Assembly (NCBI GenBank): GCA_021780195.1
Contig: JAJXZE010000013.1
Coordinates: 1-61,361 of the forward strand
DNA: 61,361 bases
Source of the DNA: a bacterium
Lineage (GTDB): Bacteria; Patescibacteriota; Minisyncoccia; UBA6257; 2-01-FULL-56-20
Direction: 5' to 3'
The translations under genes were made by a program, and so were the position numbers. Positions 28,893 to 39,384 of this stretch are shown in pieces. Under the pieces are notes generated by a model. That model did not search any database. It was not told the origin of the DNA and was given only the letters and a program-made list of their open reading frames with translations. Each line of letters begins with the position of its first letter. The first letter of the stretch is position 1.

Positions 28893-30188
28893 ATGACATC
28901 GCCGCACGCGACGGAGCCGCGGAAACGACCGAAGGGCCTGCGGCGCCTGCTCCGCATTTTGGGGCCGGGCCTTGTGACGGGCGCGGCGGACGACGATCCG
29001 TCGGGCATCGCGACATATTCGCAGACCGGCGCGCAGTTCGGCTATGGCCAGTTGTGGACCGCGCTTTTCATGTATCCCCTGATGACCGCGGTGCAGGAGG
29101 CGTGCGCCCGCATCGGGGCCGTGACAAAGAAGGGGATCGCGCAGGTGGTGCGGGAGCATTACGGCCGGAGCGTGCTCTACGCCTCGGTCTTCCTGATCCT
29201 TATCGCGAACACGGTGAACATCGGCGCGGATATCGGCGCCATGGCGGCGGCGGCGGGCCTTATCGTTCCGGTTCCCTTCGCGGCCGCGACGCTTCTCTTT
29301 GTGGCGATCATCCTTCTCCTCGAGATATTCGTTCCTTACAAGCATTACGTGCCCGTGCTGAAATGGCTTGCCCTCTCGCTCATCGTGTATCCCTTGACGG
29401 TGCTCATGATCCATATCCCATGGCACGAGGTCCTGCGGGCGACCTTTGTCCCACACTTCGAATTTACCTTCGGTTTTTTCTTCATCATCACGGGAGTCGT
29501 CGGCACCACGATCTCGCCGTACATGTTTTTCTGGCAGGCATCGGAGGAGGTCGAGGAGGAGCGCGCCGCGGGAATGATCTCACGTCCCCTTTCCGGGAGA
29601 TTCATCCGAAACATGAGGATCGACAACGCCGTCGGCATGTTTGCCTCCGAATTTATCACCTGGTGCATCATCATCGTCACCGGAACCGTGCTCAATCAGA
29701 ACGGTGTCACGAACATCGCGACCGCCGCGGATGCCGCGAAAGCACTTGTGCCGCTCGTGCACACTTTTGAGAACGCGGGGTTCATCGCCGGCGCCATCTT
29801 CGCGGTCGGCGTCATCGGACTCGGCCTTCTTGCGGTGCCCGTGCTCGCCGGCTCAGCCGCGTACGCGCTCGCCGAAGCGTTCCACTGGCACGAAGGCCTG
29901 TACCGGAAATTCAGGGAAGCGCACGGGTTCTACGGCGTGATCACGATCGCCACGCTCGTCGGCCTCCTCATTAATTTTGTGGGCATCGATCCCATGAAGG
30001 CCCTCATCGTGACGGCCGTGCTGAACGGCGTCGTCTCGATCCCACTTATCTTCCTCATCATCGCCATCTCGTCGAATAAGGAAATTATGAAGGGCCACGA
30101 GAGCGGCATGCTCTCAAAGGTGGTGCTCTGGATATCGTTCGTCGCGGTCTTGGGCGCCGCGGTGGGAATGCTCGGCGGATTTCTGTAG
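28893..30188 (+). CDS. mntH: NRAMP-family divalent metal transporter
   Basis: GPGLVTGAADDDPSGIATYSQTGAQFGY and about 11 TM segments. Confidence 0.88.
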   Translation: MTSPHATEPRKRPKGLRRLLRILGPGLVTGAADDDPSGIATYSQTGAQFGYGQLWTALFMYPLMTAVQEACARIGAVTKKGIAQVVREHYGRSVLYASVFLILIANTVNIGADIGAMAAAAGLIVPVPFAAATLLFVAIILLLEIFVPYKHYVPVLKWLALSLIVYPLTVLMIHIPWHEVLRATFVPHFEFTFGFFFIITGVVGTTISPYMFFWQASEEVEEERAAGMISRPLSGRFIRNMRIDNAVGMFASEFITWCIIIVTGTVLNQNGVTNIATAADAAKALVPLVHTFENAGFIAGAIFAVGVIGLGLLAVPVLAGSAAYALAEAFHWHEGLYRKFREAHGFYGVITIATLVGLLINFVGIDPMKALIVTAVLNGVVSIPLIFLIIAISSNKEIMKGHESGMLSKVVLWISFVAVLGAAVGMLGGFL

Positions 30189-30344
30189 CGCGGAGCGGCA
30201 GGTGCGGCGGCCGGTGCAGAATACGGCCGTGGCGCGCGGCGGCGCAGGGCGCGGAACTGTACGGCGTAGGTAGGTGTATTCGCGCAGGGGATAGAACGCC
30301 TTGTCCAAGAAAGGAAAGGTGGTTATAATGCGAGCATCTGACGC

Positions 30345-31490
30345 ATGAGCCAAAGAGGAAAAGCGGCGTGTTGGGTAGGCGCAATTCTTGTGGTTCTAAT
30401 CACGTGGTACGCGTTCGGCCTAAGGGGCTCCGCGCCCACAAGGAAGGGGCCGCTCAAAATCGGATTTATAGGCCCGCTCACGGGCGCTGCGGCGAACTAC
30501 GGCGAACTGTCACGCAATTCAATTGAACTCGCGGTGAAAAGCATTGCCTCACAAGGGAAAGATATTCAGGTGATCTACGAAGATGGGGGGTGCAACGGGA
30601 AGGACGCGGCGAGCGCGGCAAACAAACTCGTGAGTATTGATCGTGTTAATCTTATCGTCGGTGGAATGTGTAGCGGTGAGGCGCTCGCGGCGCTCCCCAT
30701 CACGGACGCGAACAAAGTTATTCTTTTTGCGTCAATGGCTTCTAGTCCTGCGTTGAGCGGCGCCGGGAAACTTTTCTTCCGCAACAGTCCATCTGACGCA
30801 GAGGGGGGCAGGGAGCTTGCAAGCGTTGTTTCGAAAGCGCATAAAGACGTGGCGATCGTCGCAGAGCAAACTGACTATGCGCAGGCGCTCCGAACAGTGT
30901 TCGAGGGCGCGTACAAGCAACAAGGCGGTACGATTGTTTCCGACCAATCATTCAATACGGGTATGACTGATTTTCGCTCACTTCTCCTGAGGGTAAAAAA
31001 TTCTGGCGCCCAAGCAATCCTCATTGATACGCAGGGAGATCAGACCGGAGGTTTGATCGCAAAACAAGCCCGAGATCTCGGTATTGCGGCGCCGTTTTAC
31101 GGCTATATCATTCCAGGCGGCGCAAATTTCATCAAGGCGGCTGGTTCCGCCGCCAATGGAACGGTTTTCGTTGACCTCGCCTCTGTGGATGATTCCAATA
31201 CTCGCGTGCAAACATTTCTCCGTGAGTACGAGAAAGCATATGGCGCACCGGACCACGAATATTATATGGCGGCGAGCTATGACGCGATAAACATCCTTGT
31301 ACAGGCGGTGAGTGCCGTTGGCATGGATACGACACGAATTGCGAGCTATCTTCATGCGTTGCCAAATTATGACGGCTTGATCGGTACGTATCATTTCGAT
31401 GAAAATGGTGATCCGGTCGGCGTGGGTTTTTCGCTCTATACAATCAAGAATGGGAAAGTGCAGATGGTAAGCGCATCAGTGCCGCAATAG
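30345..31490 (+). CDS. Liv-type (Peripla_BP_6) ABC substrate-binding protein 1
   Basis: N-terminal anchor, LKIGFIGPLTGAAANYGE, and length and pattern of LivJ/K-like binding proteins. Confidence 0.85.
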   Translation: MSQRGKAACWVGAILVVLITWYAFGLRGSAPTRKGPLKIGFIGPLTGAAANYGELSRNSIELAVKSIASQGKDIQVIYEDGGCNGKDAASAANKLVSIDRVNLIVGGMCSGEALAALPITDANKVILFASMASSPALSGAGKLFFRNSPSDAEGGRELASVVSKAHKDVAIVAEQTDYAQALRTVFEGAYKQQGGTIVSDQSFNTGMTDFRSLLLRVKNSGAQAILIDTQGDQTGGLIAKQARDLGIAAPFYGYIIPGGANFIKAAGSAANGTVFVDLASVDDSNTRVQTFLREYEKAYGAPDHEYYMAASYDAINILVQAVSAVGMDTTRIASYLHALPNYDGLIGTYHFDENGDPVGVGFSLYTIKNGKVQMVSASVPQ

Positions 31491-31582
31491 AACGTCGGCA
31501 CGGAGCAATATTAGACCACTCTGCTCCTTTACGCATCCGTCCTTGTGTGATACTTTAAGAGAAAATCAAATCTTATTCCAAT

Positions 31583-32725
31583 ATGAGTAAAAGCAAGACT
31601 CTTTGGGTGGTCGTAGGGATCCTGATCGTGGTGGTGGCGGTTGTGTATGTAGTAGCCGGAAGGAAAGCGGCGGAAAAGAACGTGATTAAGATTGGCTGGG
31701 TCGGGCCGCTCACGGGTGATGCTGCGGCGTATGGTGAGCCCATGCAGAAGGTTACCGAACTCGCGGTGAGCGAGATCAATGCCATGGGCGGGATCGACGG
31801 GAAGCAGATCCAAGTAGTTTATGAAGACGGAAAATGCGACGGGTTGGATGGTGCGAATGCGGTGCAGAAGCTTGTGAATGTCGACAGCGTACAGGCGATA
31901 CTCGGAGGGTTCTGCAGTAGCGAGACGTTGGCGGGAGTGCCGATTGCGACGGCTGCAAAGGTGCTTATGCTCTCGGCGGGTGCGTCAAGCCCGTCGCTCA
32001 CGAATATAAGTCCCTATTTCTTCCGCGACTATCCGAGCGATGCGGCGCAGGGGAAGGTGCTTGCGGATGCGGCATGGAATATGAAGCACTGGAAAGAAGT
32101 AGCATTCATTCAGGAACAGACCGACTATGCAAAGGGAGTATACGATGCGTTCGCGACGGAGTTTCAATCGCTTGGCGGAAAGGTGATCAACCAGCCATTT
32201 TCTTCAAATACGAATGATTTTCGATCGATCCTGACCACTCTGCGATCCCAGCACCCCAACGCGCTTTTTGTGGACGTACAAGCCCCGTTAGAAGCCACCA
32301 GGATTCTAACCCAGGTGCAGCAGCTCGGATGGAAACCGTCGCTTTTGATTCCGGATTCGGTGGCGGGCGATCCGCCGACCATCCGGGAGAATCAAGCCAT
32401 TCTTGAGGGAGCCCTCACGGCGGAGTTCGGGACCGACCCTACGAATTCGAAGTTCGAGCATCTCGTGAGTTCCTACCAGGCAAAGTACGGCGCAGTTCCT
32501 TCATACGAGAGCTATGCCCAGACCTTCTATGATGCGGTCTACCTCCTGAAGGACGGTATCAATGCGGTAGGCAACAATGGTACGGCGCTCGCGCAGTGGT
32601 CGCGGACAATCAAGGATTGGCAGGGATCCTCGGGTTCCGTGACCATCCTGCCGACCGGTGATCGCGCAAGCGGGCATCGCCTTGAGGTCATCCATGGCGG
32701 CAAGGCGGTCCCGGCCGCCCAATAA
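31583..32725 (+). CDS. Liv-type ABC substrate-binding protein 2
   Basis: N-terminal anchor and IKIGWVGPLTGDAAAYGE. Confidence 0.85.
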   Translation: MSKSKTLWVVVGILIVVVAVVYVVAGRKAAEKNVIKIGWVGPLTGDAAAYGEPMQKVTELAVSEINAMGGIDGKQIQVVYEDGKCDGLDGANAVQKLVNVDSVQAILGGFCSSETLAGVPIATAAKVLMLSAGASSPSLTNISPYFFRDYPSDAAQGKVLADAAWNMKHWKEVAFIQEQTDYAKGVYDAFATEFQSLGGKVINQPFSSNTNDFRSILTTLRSQHPNALFVDVQAPLEATRILTQVQQLGWKPSLLIPDSVAGDPPTIRENQAILEGALTAEFGTDPTNSKFEHLVSSYQAKYGAVPSYESYAQTFYDAVYLLKDGINAVGNNGTALAQWSRTIKDWQGSSGSVTILPTGDRASGHRLEVIHGGKAVPAAQ

Positions 32726-32727
32726 TA

Positions 32728-33594
32728 ATGTCGATCCTGCCGCAGCTCATCGCGAACAGTCTGATCGCGGCGGGCACATACGCGCTCATCGCGCTCGGCT
32801 TCAATCTTATCTATGCCGCGACCAAGTTCTTCAACCTCGCGCACGGCGCGATGGCGACCGCCGGCGGCTATGCGGCGTTCTTCCTCCTCCAGTCATTTGT
32901 GGGGATCAACGTGGTGCTCGCCGCGGCGCTCGGCGTCCTTTTTGCAGGTCTCCTCGGCTGGGCGCTCGACCGTGCCGTCTATCGCGAGCTCCGCAAGCGG
33001 AAGGCCTCGAACACCGTCCTCCTCGTCGCATCACTCGGCGTTTTCACGGTGATCCAGGCAGTAATCGCCATGATTTTCACGAGCCAGTTCCAAACCCTCT
33101 CGGGTGGGGCCGCGGACAGCGTATATCAGATCGGCGGCGCGGCCGTCACGGAGACGCAGGTCATCATGATCGCTGCGGCGGTCGCGATCGCAGCCGGCCT
33201 CGGCCTCCTTCTCAAAAAGACCCTCCTCGGCAAGGAGGTGCGCGCGGTGAGCGATGATGAGGAAGTGGCGAAGATCGTCGGCATCAATACGGAACGCGTG
33301 ATCGGGTGGGTCTTTTTCATCGGCTCGGCGATCGCGGGCCTCGGCGGCATACTGGTCGGCTTCGACACGGGACTCCAGCCCACCATGGGCATGAGTTTGC
33401 TCCTGCGCGGCGTCATCGCGTCCATCGTGGGCGGCGTTGGCACCGTGTACGGCGCGGCGGCAGGGGCGCTCCTGCTCGGCTTCGTGGAAAACTTTGGCAT
33501 CTGGAAGATCTCCGGCGAATGGAAGGACGCCATCGCGTTCTCCCTCCTCATCGTTTTCCTCGTTTTCCGGCCGCAGGGAATCTTTAAGCGATAA
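32728..33594 (+). CDS. livH: Branched-chain amino acid ABC transporter permease
   Basis: LivH-like N-terminus (LPQLIANSLIAAGTYALIALGFNLIYA) with 8 or more TM segments. Confidence 0.9.
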   Translation: MSILPQLIANSLIAAGTYALIALGFNLIYAATKFFNLAHGAMATAGGYAAFFLLQSFVGINVVLAAALGVLFAGLLGWALDRAVYRELRKRKASNTVLLVASLGVFTVIQAVIAMIFTSQFQTLSGGAADSVYQIGGAAVTETQVIMIAAAVAIAAGLGLLLKKTLLGKEVRAVSDDEEVAKIVGINTERVIGWVFFIGSAIAGLGGILVGFDTGLQPTMGMSLLLRGVIASIVGGVGTVYGAAAGALLLGFVENFGIWKISGEWKDAIAFSLLIVFLVFRPQGIFKR

Positions 33595-33607
33595 CAAGAG
33601 GAAGGTC

Positions 33608-34474
33608 ATGGACTATTTCATCCATCTTGCGATCCTCTTTGCCATCTATGGCATCCTCGGCTTGAGCTTAAACCTCGTGGTCGGTTATACCGGTCTCCTG
33701 TCTGTGGCTGAGGCCGCGTTCTACGGCGTCGGCGCGTACGTGACGGCGCTTCTTCTCGTGAACGCGGGGTGGAATTTCTTCGCCGCGATGGGCGTGGCGG
33801 TCATCGCGTCCGCCGCGGTCGCGCTCGTGATCGGCCTCGTACTCAGCAGGTTCGGCGGCGACTACTACGCCCTTGCCTCGCTCGGCTTCGGCGTCATCAT
33901 CTACAGCATCTTCCTCAACTGGCAGGCCGTCACAAACGGGCCGCTCGGCATCCCCGCGATCCCGCGACCGGACTTCTTCGGATACGTGATAGGCGACGAA
34001 GCGTCGTATCTCGTCATGTCTCTCGTTTTCCTCCTGCTGGTATACGTTGTCTCGCGCTTTATTGTGCGCTCGTCGTTCGGGCGCGCGATCCGCGCGATCC
34101 GCGAGGACGAGGCCGCGATCCAGGTTTTCGGGTATCGCGCCATCAACTACAAACTTCTGATTTTCGTGATCGGCGCGGGCATCGCCGCGATCGCGGGGGC
34201 GCTTTACGCCTCGTACATCACCTACATCGACCCCTCGACCTTCTCGGTGAACGAGTCGATCTTCGTTCTCGCTATCGTCATCCTCGGCGGCCTCGCGAGT
34301 CTGCGCGGGTCGCTCTTCGGCGCCGCGTTCCTCGTCCTCCTGCCGGAACTCCTTCGCTTCGTTGGCTTTCCCGACACGATCGCGGCGCAGATGCGCCAGG
34401 CGGTCTATGGCGTCCTGCTCGTCGTGCTCATGCTCTATCGGCCGGAAGGATTGACCGGGGAATATAGGCTATGA
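33608..34474 (+). CDS. livM: Branched-chain amino acid ABC transporter permease
   Basis: LivM-like pattern (GLSLNLVVGYTGLLSVAEAAFYGVGAY). The ATG at 33608 is preferred over the longer track ORF that overlaps livH. Confidence 0.9.
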   Translation: MDYFIHLAILFAIYGILGLSLNLVVGYTGLLSVAEAAFYGVGAYVTALLLVNAGWNFFAAMGVAVIASAAVALVIGLVLSRFGGDYYALASLGFGVIIYSIFLNWQAVTNGPLGIPAIPRPDFFGYVIGDEASYLVMSLVFLLLVYVVSRFIVRSSFGRAIRAIREDEAAIQVFGYRAINYKLLIFVIGAGIAAIAGALYASYITYIDPSTFSVNESIFVLAIVILGGLASLRGSLFGAAFLVLLPELLRFVGFPDTIAAQMRQAVYGVLLVVLMLYRPEGLTGEYRL

Positions 34475-35574
34475 TGAAAGCTATGAAACCGCGCAGAATC
34501 CTCTGGGTCATTCTGGCACTTGCGGCCATCCTCGTCGCTCTTGGGTTCGTGTGGCACTTCTCCCGACCTTCCGAAAGAAGCGTGACCATCGGGGTAATCG
34601 CCGGAACAACGGGGCAATACGCCGCGGCAGGGGAGGGCTACCTGAGGGGATTCGATCTTGCAATGGAGGAGTGGAATGCGGCGCACAGCCTCAAGTTTGG
34701 TGCGATCGTGGAAGACGACGGCTTCGACGCGCAAAAGGGCGTGTCGGCTTATCAAAAACTTAGAAATATCGACCATGTCGCCGCCTATGCGATCCTTTCC
34801 TCGTTCACCATCGACGCTATTTATGACCAACTCCATGCCGAAGGAAAGCCGGTGGCGCTTGGCTTCGAGCAGACCCGCCCGGCGCAGGACGACAATATTT
34901 TCCAGGTGCTTCCGGCGGCGCTTCCCGTGGAAACCGCCCTCGGGCAAAAGGTGAAATCGCTTGGCTATGCGCATCCCGTGGCGGCGGTCAGCAATAATAC
35001 TGCCGTCTATCAAAATTTTTACGAAGGATTCCGGAACGGCTTCGGACGGCCAGTGGAAGAATTCCGGGTGGGTAGCGACCTCGGCGGCATCCGCTCGCAG
35101 GCGCTCGCCATCGTGAGCGCCAAGCCCGACGTTGTGGCGTTTTTCATGGCGCCCCAGGATGGCGCCCAGCTCGTGAAGGCGATCCTACAGATCACGACTA
35201 TGGGGACGAGGCCTTATTTCGTGTTCGATCAGAGCGTGCAATCCGGCGGGAGCGATTATCAGAACATCCTCGGATCGGACGCCCCAAGGATCGACGGGAG
35301 TCTCGTGGCCATGTCGCAGAACAATTTTACCCCCGACTTCACCGTTGCCTTCAAGGCGAAATACGGCGAAGATCCGGTATTCGGTTCGGACATGGGCTAT
35401 AATTCGTTTATGTTGCTTGCCGATACGTACGATCCGAGTGAGAAAGAATGGGTAGCCAACATGAAAACCGCGCAGTTTGCGGGTGCCGATGGCGCGGTCT
35501 CCTTCGACTCGGTCGGGCTCCGCGTGCCGAATATTTTCTTTGCAAAACTTAAAAACGGCAATGTGGCCCAATGA
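34471..35574 (+). CDS. Liv-type ABC substrate-binding protein 3 (divergent)
   Basis: N-terminal anchor, VTIGVIAGTTGQYAAAGEG, and Peripla_BP_6-like length. Located between the permease and ATPase genes. Confidence 0.7.
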   Translation: MMKAMKPRRILWVILALAAILVALGFVWHFSRPSERSVTIGVIAGTTGQYAAAGEGYLRGFDLAMEEWNAAHSLKFGAIVEDDGFDAQKGVSAYQKLRNIDHVAAYAILSSFTIDAIYDQLHAEGKPVALGFEQTRPAQDDNIFQVLPAALPVETALGQKVKSLGYAHPVAAVSNNTAVYQNFYEGFRNGFGRPVEEFRVGSDLGGIRSQALAIVSAKPDVVAFFMAPQDGAQLVKAILQITTMGTRPYFVFDQSVQSGGSDYQNILGSDAPRIDGSLVAMSQNNFTPDFTVAFKAKYGEDPVFGSDMGYNSFMLLADTYDPSEKEWVANMKTAQFAGADGAVSFDSVGLRVPNIFFAKLKNGNVAQ

Positions 35575-35610
35575 GAAAGCAAAGAATTTCAATCCTGAAT
35601 TAATATCCAT

Positions 35611-36768
35611 ATGGCCGACAATCGATATTTATCCGCAAAAAAAATTTGGATCGCAATCGGTGTAATAATCATCGTGCTCTTTGTTGGTTGGCGTTGGTAT
35701 GGCGGCCAGGGGTCGCATGGTAACGCCATCGAGGTCGGGGTCGCCTCCGCGCAGACGGGGGATGGGGCCGAATGGGGTCAGGGAGAGCTGAATGCGGTAA
35801 AAATGTATATCGACGACGTCAATGCCCACGGTGGTGTCGATGGCACTCCCATCCGCCTCTCTATCGAAGATACAAGATCGACCGGCGTCGGCACGGTAAA
35901 TGCGATTACCAAACTTATCAGCATAGAACAAGTCCCGGCAATAATCGGTCCCACGTGGGCGGACAGCTTTCAGGGCGGCAATCCCATAGCGGAAAACGCA
36001 AAGACCGTGCTTATTTCTCCCAGCGCGGCGCTCGAAACGGTGCCCAATAAGGAGAAGTTCACATATCTTTTCTCGACCTGGTGGCCCCAAGCGCCGGAAA
36101 TCAAAGAGCTTCGGAATTTCATGCTGGCCCAGAGGGTGAAAACATTTGCCATCATTAACGATCACGATTCATTTGACACGAAGTTCGCCGATGATTTTGA
36201 GGCGAGCGCCGTGGAGGGCGGCATGAAAATGGTGGATCGCGAGCAGGTTCCCATCGACCAGACCGACTTCCGAACCGAGATAGTGAAAATAAAAGATCTG
36301 CATCCGGATGCCCTTTTCATAGAAATCGAAAATGTTTCCGAGATAGGTCCGTTCATGAAGCAGGCAAAAGAACTCGGCCTTTCGTCGAGGATCTTTGGTT
36401 CGCCGAGCGTGCAGAATGCGGATGCCCTCAGCAAGTTCGGCGATGTCATGGAGGGATTGACCTACGTTTTTGCAAGAACACCCACCAGCACGGCATACGA
36501 CAATTTTGTCAAAGGATATGAGGCGAAATATGGAGAATTGCCTTCGGGCCCGTCAGATCTCAATGCGTATAATGCTGTCGCGGCACTCGTGGCGGCGCTT
36601 CGGACCGGAGCGCGCACGGGAACCCAAATACGGGACGCGCTTCATGAAATTGAATTCCCAAGCATCACTGGATCAAAAAATTCATTCGATAACATCGGCC
36701 AGATTAAAAATGCCGATTTTGAGATGAAAATGGTTCACGGCGGAAAGTTCATAACAATACCCTCCTAG
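35611..36768 (+). CDS. Liv-type ABC substrate-binding protein 4
   Basis: N-terminal anchor and IEVGVASAQTGDGAEWGQ. Confidence 0.8.
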   Translation: MADNRYLSAKKIWIAIGVIIIVLFVGWRWYGGQGSHGNAIEVGVASAQTGDGAEWGQGELNAVKMYIDDVNAHGGVDGTPIRLSIEDTRSTGVGTVNAITKLISIEQVPAIIGPTWADSFQGGNPIAENAKTVLISPSAALETVPNKEKFTYLFSTWWPQAPEIKELRNFMLAQRVKTFAIINDHDSFDTKFADDFEASAVEGGMKMVDREQVPIDQTDFRTEIVKIKDLHPDALFIEIENVSEIGPFMKQAKELGLSSRIFGSPSVQNADALSKFGDVMEGLTYVFARTPTSTAYDNFVKGYEAKYGELPSGPSDLNAYNAVAALVAALRTGARTGTQIRDALHEIEFPSITGSKNSFDNIGQIKNADFEMKMVHGGKFITIPS

Positions 36769-36772
36769 TCGA

Positions 36773-37504
36773 ATGCTCATCCTCGAAACCAAGGATCTCT
36801 CAAAGCGGTATGACGGCGTGGCGGCGCTCGACGGCCTTTCGCTCGGGATCGAGGCGGGCGCGGTCACGGCCGTCATCGGCCCGAACGGGTCGGGAAAATC
36901 CACCCTCGTGAACGTCCTCTCGGGCGTCGCACCGAAGACGGGCGGCCGCATCGCGGTCTCCGGCGTCGCGCTCGGAAGGATCACGGCTTCCGATGTCGCC
37001 GCGTACGGCATCACCCGAACCTTTCAGGAGGTTCGGCTTTTCAATCAGATGAATGTGATGGAGAACCTGCTCGTGGTGCTGACGGAGAAAAATGTTTTCG
37101 GCGCGATTCTGGAGCGCCACGCCGAGAAGCACGCCCGTCGCGCCGAGGAACTTCTCCGCAAGGTCAATCTGTGGGAAAAGAGGAGCGAACTGGCGGGAGG
37201 CCTTTCGTATGGACAGCGAAAGCTCCTCGAGATCGCCCGGGCGCTTGCTTCGGGGGCGGACATTTACCTCTTCGACGAGCCGTTCGCCGGACTTTTTCCG
37301 GAGATGGTCAAGATCGTCGAGGGGGTGCTCGTGGAACTGCGCCGCGAGGGGAAGACCGTCGTCCTGATCGAACACAACATGGATCTCATCCGCGCGCTCG
37401 CGGACCGCGTCGTTGTGCTCGACGGCGGGAAGCTTCTCGCCGAGGGGGCTACTGCGGCGACCCTCGGGCGGCGCGAGGTTCTCGAAGCATACCTCGGCGA
37501 ATAG
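36773..37504 (+). CDS. livG: Branched-chain amino acid ABC transporter ATP-binding protein
   Basis: Walker A GPNGSGKST, signature LSYGQRKLLEIARAL and Walker B YLFDEP. Confidence 0.95.
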   Translation: MLILETKDLSKRYDGVAALDGLSLGIEAGAVTAVIGPNGSGKSTLVNVLSGVAPKTGGRIAVSGVALGRITASDVAAYGITRTFQEVRLFNQMNVMENLLVVLTEKNVFGAILERHAEKHARRAEELLRKVNLWEKRSELAGGLSYGQRKLLEIARALASGADIYLFDEPFAGLFPEMVKIVEGVLVELRREGKTVVLIEHNMDLIRALADRVVVLDGGKLLAEGATAATLGRREVLEAYLGE

Positions 37505-37505
37505 C

Positions 37506-38225
37506 ATGGAAAACCTCCTCACCGTCAAAAACCTCAGTGTCCATTACGGCGGCGTGCACGCCCTCGACGGCGTCGATGCCGCGATCGGGGAGGGCGAGAT
37601 CGTCGCGCTCATGGGTCCGAACGGCGCTGGGAAATCCACCGTGCTCAAGGCCATCTTCGGTCTTGCGCCGATTGTCGCCGGCGAGGTGTGGTGGCACGGC
37701 GCCCCCGTGCGGCCGGTGTCGTACGAGATGGTGGAGCGAGGCATCTCGTTCGTGCCCCAGGGACGGCGCGTGTTTGCGCATCTGACGGTCGAGGAGAATC
37801 TCGAAACGGGTGGCGTTGTGGTACGGGACCGCCGCGAACTGCGCCGCCGCATCGAGGAGTCGATGCGGCTATTCCCCGTGCTCGCAAAAAAACGTGGACG
37901 GAAATCGGGCGAGCTCTCGGGGGGAGAGCAGCAGATGCTCGCGCTCGCGCGCGGGCTCATCACCGATCCCCGCGTCCTCCTGCTTGACGAGCCATCGCTC
38001 GGCCTCGCGCCGAAGATCGTGAAGGAGGTCTTCGCGAAAATAAGGGAGATCAACGAACGCCATCACACGGCGATCTTCGTCGTCGAGCACAACATCAAGT
38101 CCCTTCTTGAGATCGTGCACCGCGCCTACGTACTCGACAAGGGGAGAGTCGTACGCGAAGGAGACCCTGCGGCGCTCATGGCGAGCGGCGTGCTGGAGAA
38201 AGTGTTTCTGGGGAAGCTGGAATAG
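37506..38225 (+). CDS. livF: Branched-chain amino acid ABC transporter ATP-binding protein
   Basis: Walker A GPNGAGKST, signature LSGGEQQMLALARGL and Walker B LLLDEPS. The ATG at 37506 lies 1 nt after the livG stop. Confidence 0.95.
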   Translation: MENLLTVKNLSVHYGGVHALDGVDAAIGEGEIVALMGPNGAGKSTVLKAIFGLAPIVAGEVWWHGAPVRPVSYEMVERGISFVPQGRRVFAHLTVEENLETGGVVVRDRRELRRRIEESMRLFPVLAKKRGRKSGELSGGEQQMLALARGLITDPRVLLLDEPSLGLAPKIVKEVFAKIREINERHHTAIFVVEHNIKSLLEIVHRAYVLDKGRVVREGDPAALMASGVLEKVFLGKLE

Positions 38226-38234
38226 GATTCCGGC

Positions 38235-39374
38235 TCATTCGGTTATCCGCGCGATGGCGCCGTTCCGGACGGTGCGCAGGGTGGTTGCCGCGGAGGCCTC
38301 GCAATCTCCGTCGAAGGTCAGCGAGCCGGAAACACCGGGATAATCGGCGAGGTGAGTGATGTAATTGGCTACCTTGGCGGGATCTCCCGCGCTCGCCGCC
38401 GCGGTTTTCGCAAGTATCATCACCGCGTCGTACGCATTGGCGGCGATGATGGGGGGATTTTCTCCGGTCGCCGCGCGGAAGCTGGCCTTGAAGGCGGCCG
38501 CGTTCGCGCTGTCTGCCGTTTCCGGCAACCCCTCATAGGCGAAATCAGTGAAAATGACGCCGTTGAGGAGCGATAAATTCGTGATATTCTGATTCACGAC
38601 CGTCCAGTTGTTTGAAAAGATATGCTTGTTGAAGCCGAGTTCTTTCAGCTGGCGAAAGAGAATTTCGCCGTACTGCCCCGGCGCGATCGCGACAAGTGCA
38701 TCAGGATTCGCTGCGTCAATCTTCGCGATCTGAGTGCGAAAATCACTGTCCTGCACCTGATAGCTCTCTTGGTCCGTAATGTCACCCCCGAGCGGACGCA
38801 GGTCGGCGGCGAGGGTTTTCACTACCGCCGCACCCTGTTCGTCGTTGGAAACCAGCGTGGCGATGCGGAGGAGGCGGTGGGAGGCAAGATATCGTGCAAG
38901 CACGGCCGATGAGGCGTCGGCGGTCAGGGCGGAACGGCAAGTGAGGGGCGAGCCGTCGCGGTAAGCAGGAGTGACGGCGCTCAGTTCATATTCGAGGTTT
39001 CCGTCGGCCCGCGCGCGCGGACCAATAGTAACAGAAACTTGGGAACCGATGGTGAGAAAAAAGCGGACGCCTTGGAGCTTGAGCTGTTGGTAGGCATTAA
39101 GGGCGGGTGCCGATTGGAATTGGCTGTCTTGATATACGACCCGAAGAGGCCTCCCGTCGACTCCTCCGTCCGCATTAACGCTCTTCACCGCGAGCGTAAT
39201 GGCCTGGGATGCCTGTTCGCCATAGCTTGCATTCGGTCCCGTAAGGGGGAAGACGGCGCCGATGGTGAAGGGTTCGGCGCTCGAGCCGTTTTCATGAATC
39301 CTTTGCCATCCCAGAAGGGCGGCGACGAGGACGAGGATGGTCGCGGTGATGATGATAATGTTTCGACGCGTCAT
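38235..39374 (-). CDS. Liv-type ABC substrate-binding protein 5 (opposite strand)
   Basis: N-terminal anchor and FTIGAVFPLTGPNASYGE. Confidence 0.85.
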   Translation of the reverse strand: MTRRNIIIITATILVLVAALLGWQRIHENGSSAEPFTIGAVFPLTGPNASYGEQASQAITLAVKSVNADGGVDGRPLRVVYQDSQFQSAPALNAYQQLKLQGVRFFLTIGSQVSVTIGPRARADGNLEYELSAVTPAYRDGSPLTCRSALTADASSAVLARYLASHRLLRIATLVSNDEQGAAVVKTLAADLRPLGGDITDQESYQVQDSDFRTQIAKIDAANPDALVAIAPGQYGEILFRQLKELGFNKHIFSNNWTVVNQNITNLSLLNGVIFTDFAYEGLPETADSANAAAFKASFRAATGENPPIIAANAYDAVMILAKTAAASAGDPAKVANYITHLADYPGVSGSLTFDGDCEASAATTLRTVRNGAIARITE

Positions 39375-39384
39375 AGGCGGGAGG

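Noticed and set aside
27851-29770. 639-aa plus-strand ORF spanning obg (antisense) and the NRAMP gene (out of frame)
   Set aside because: It conflicts with two well-supported genes and its translation is Arg/Gly/His-rich and low-complexity.
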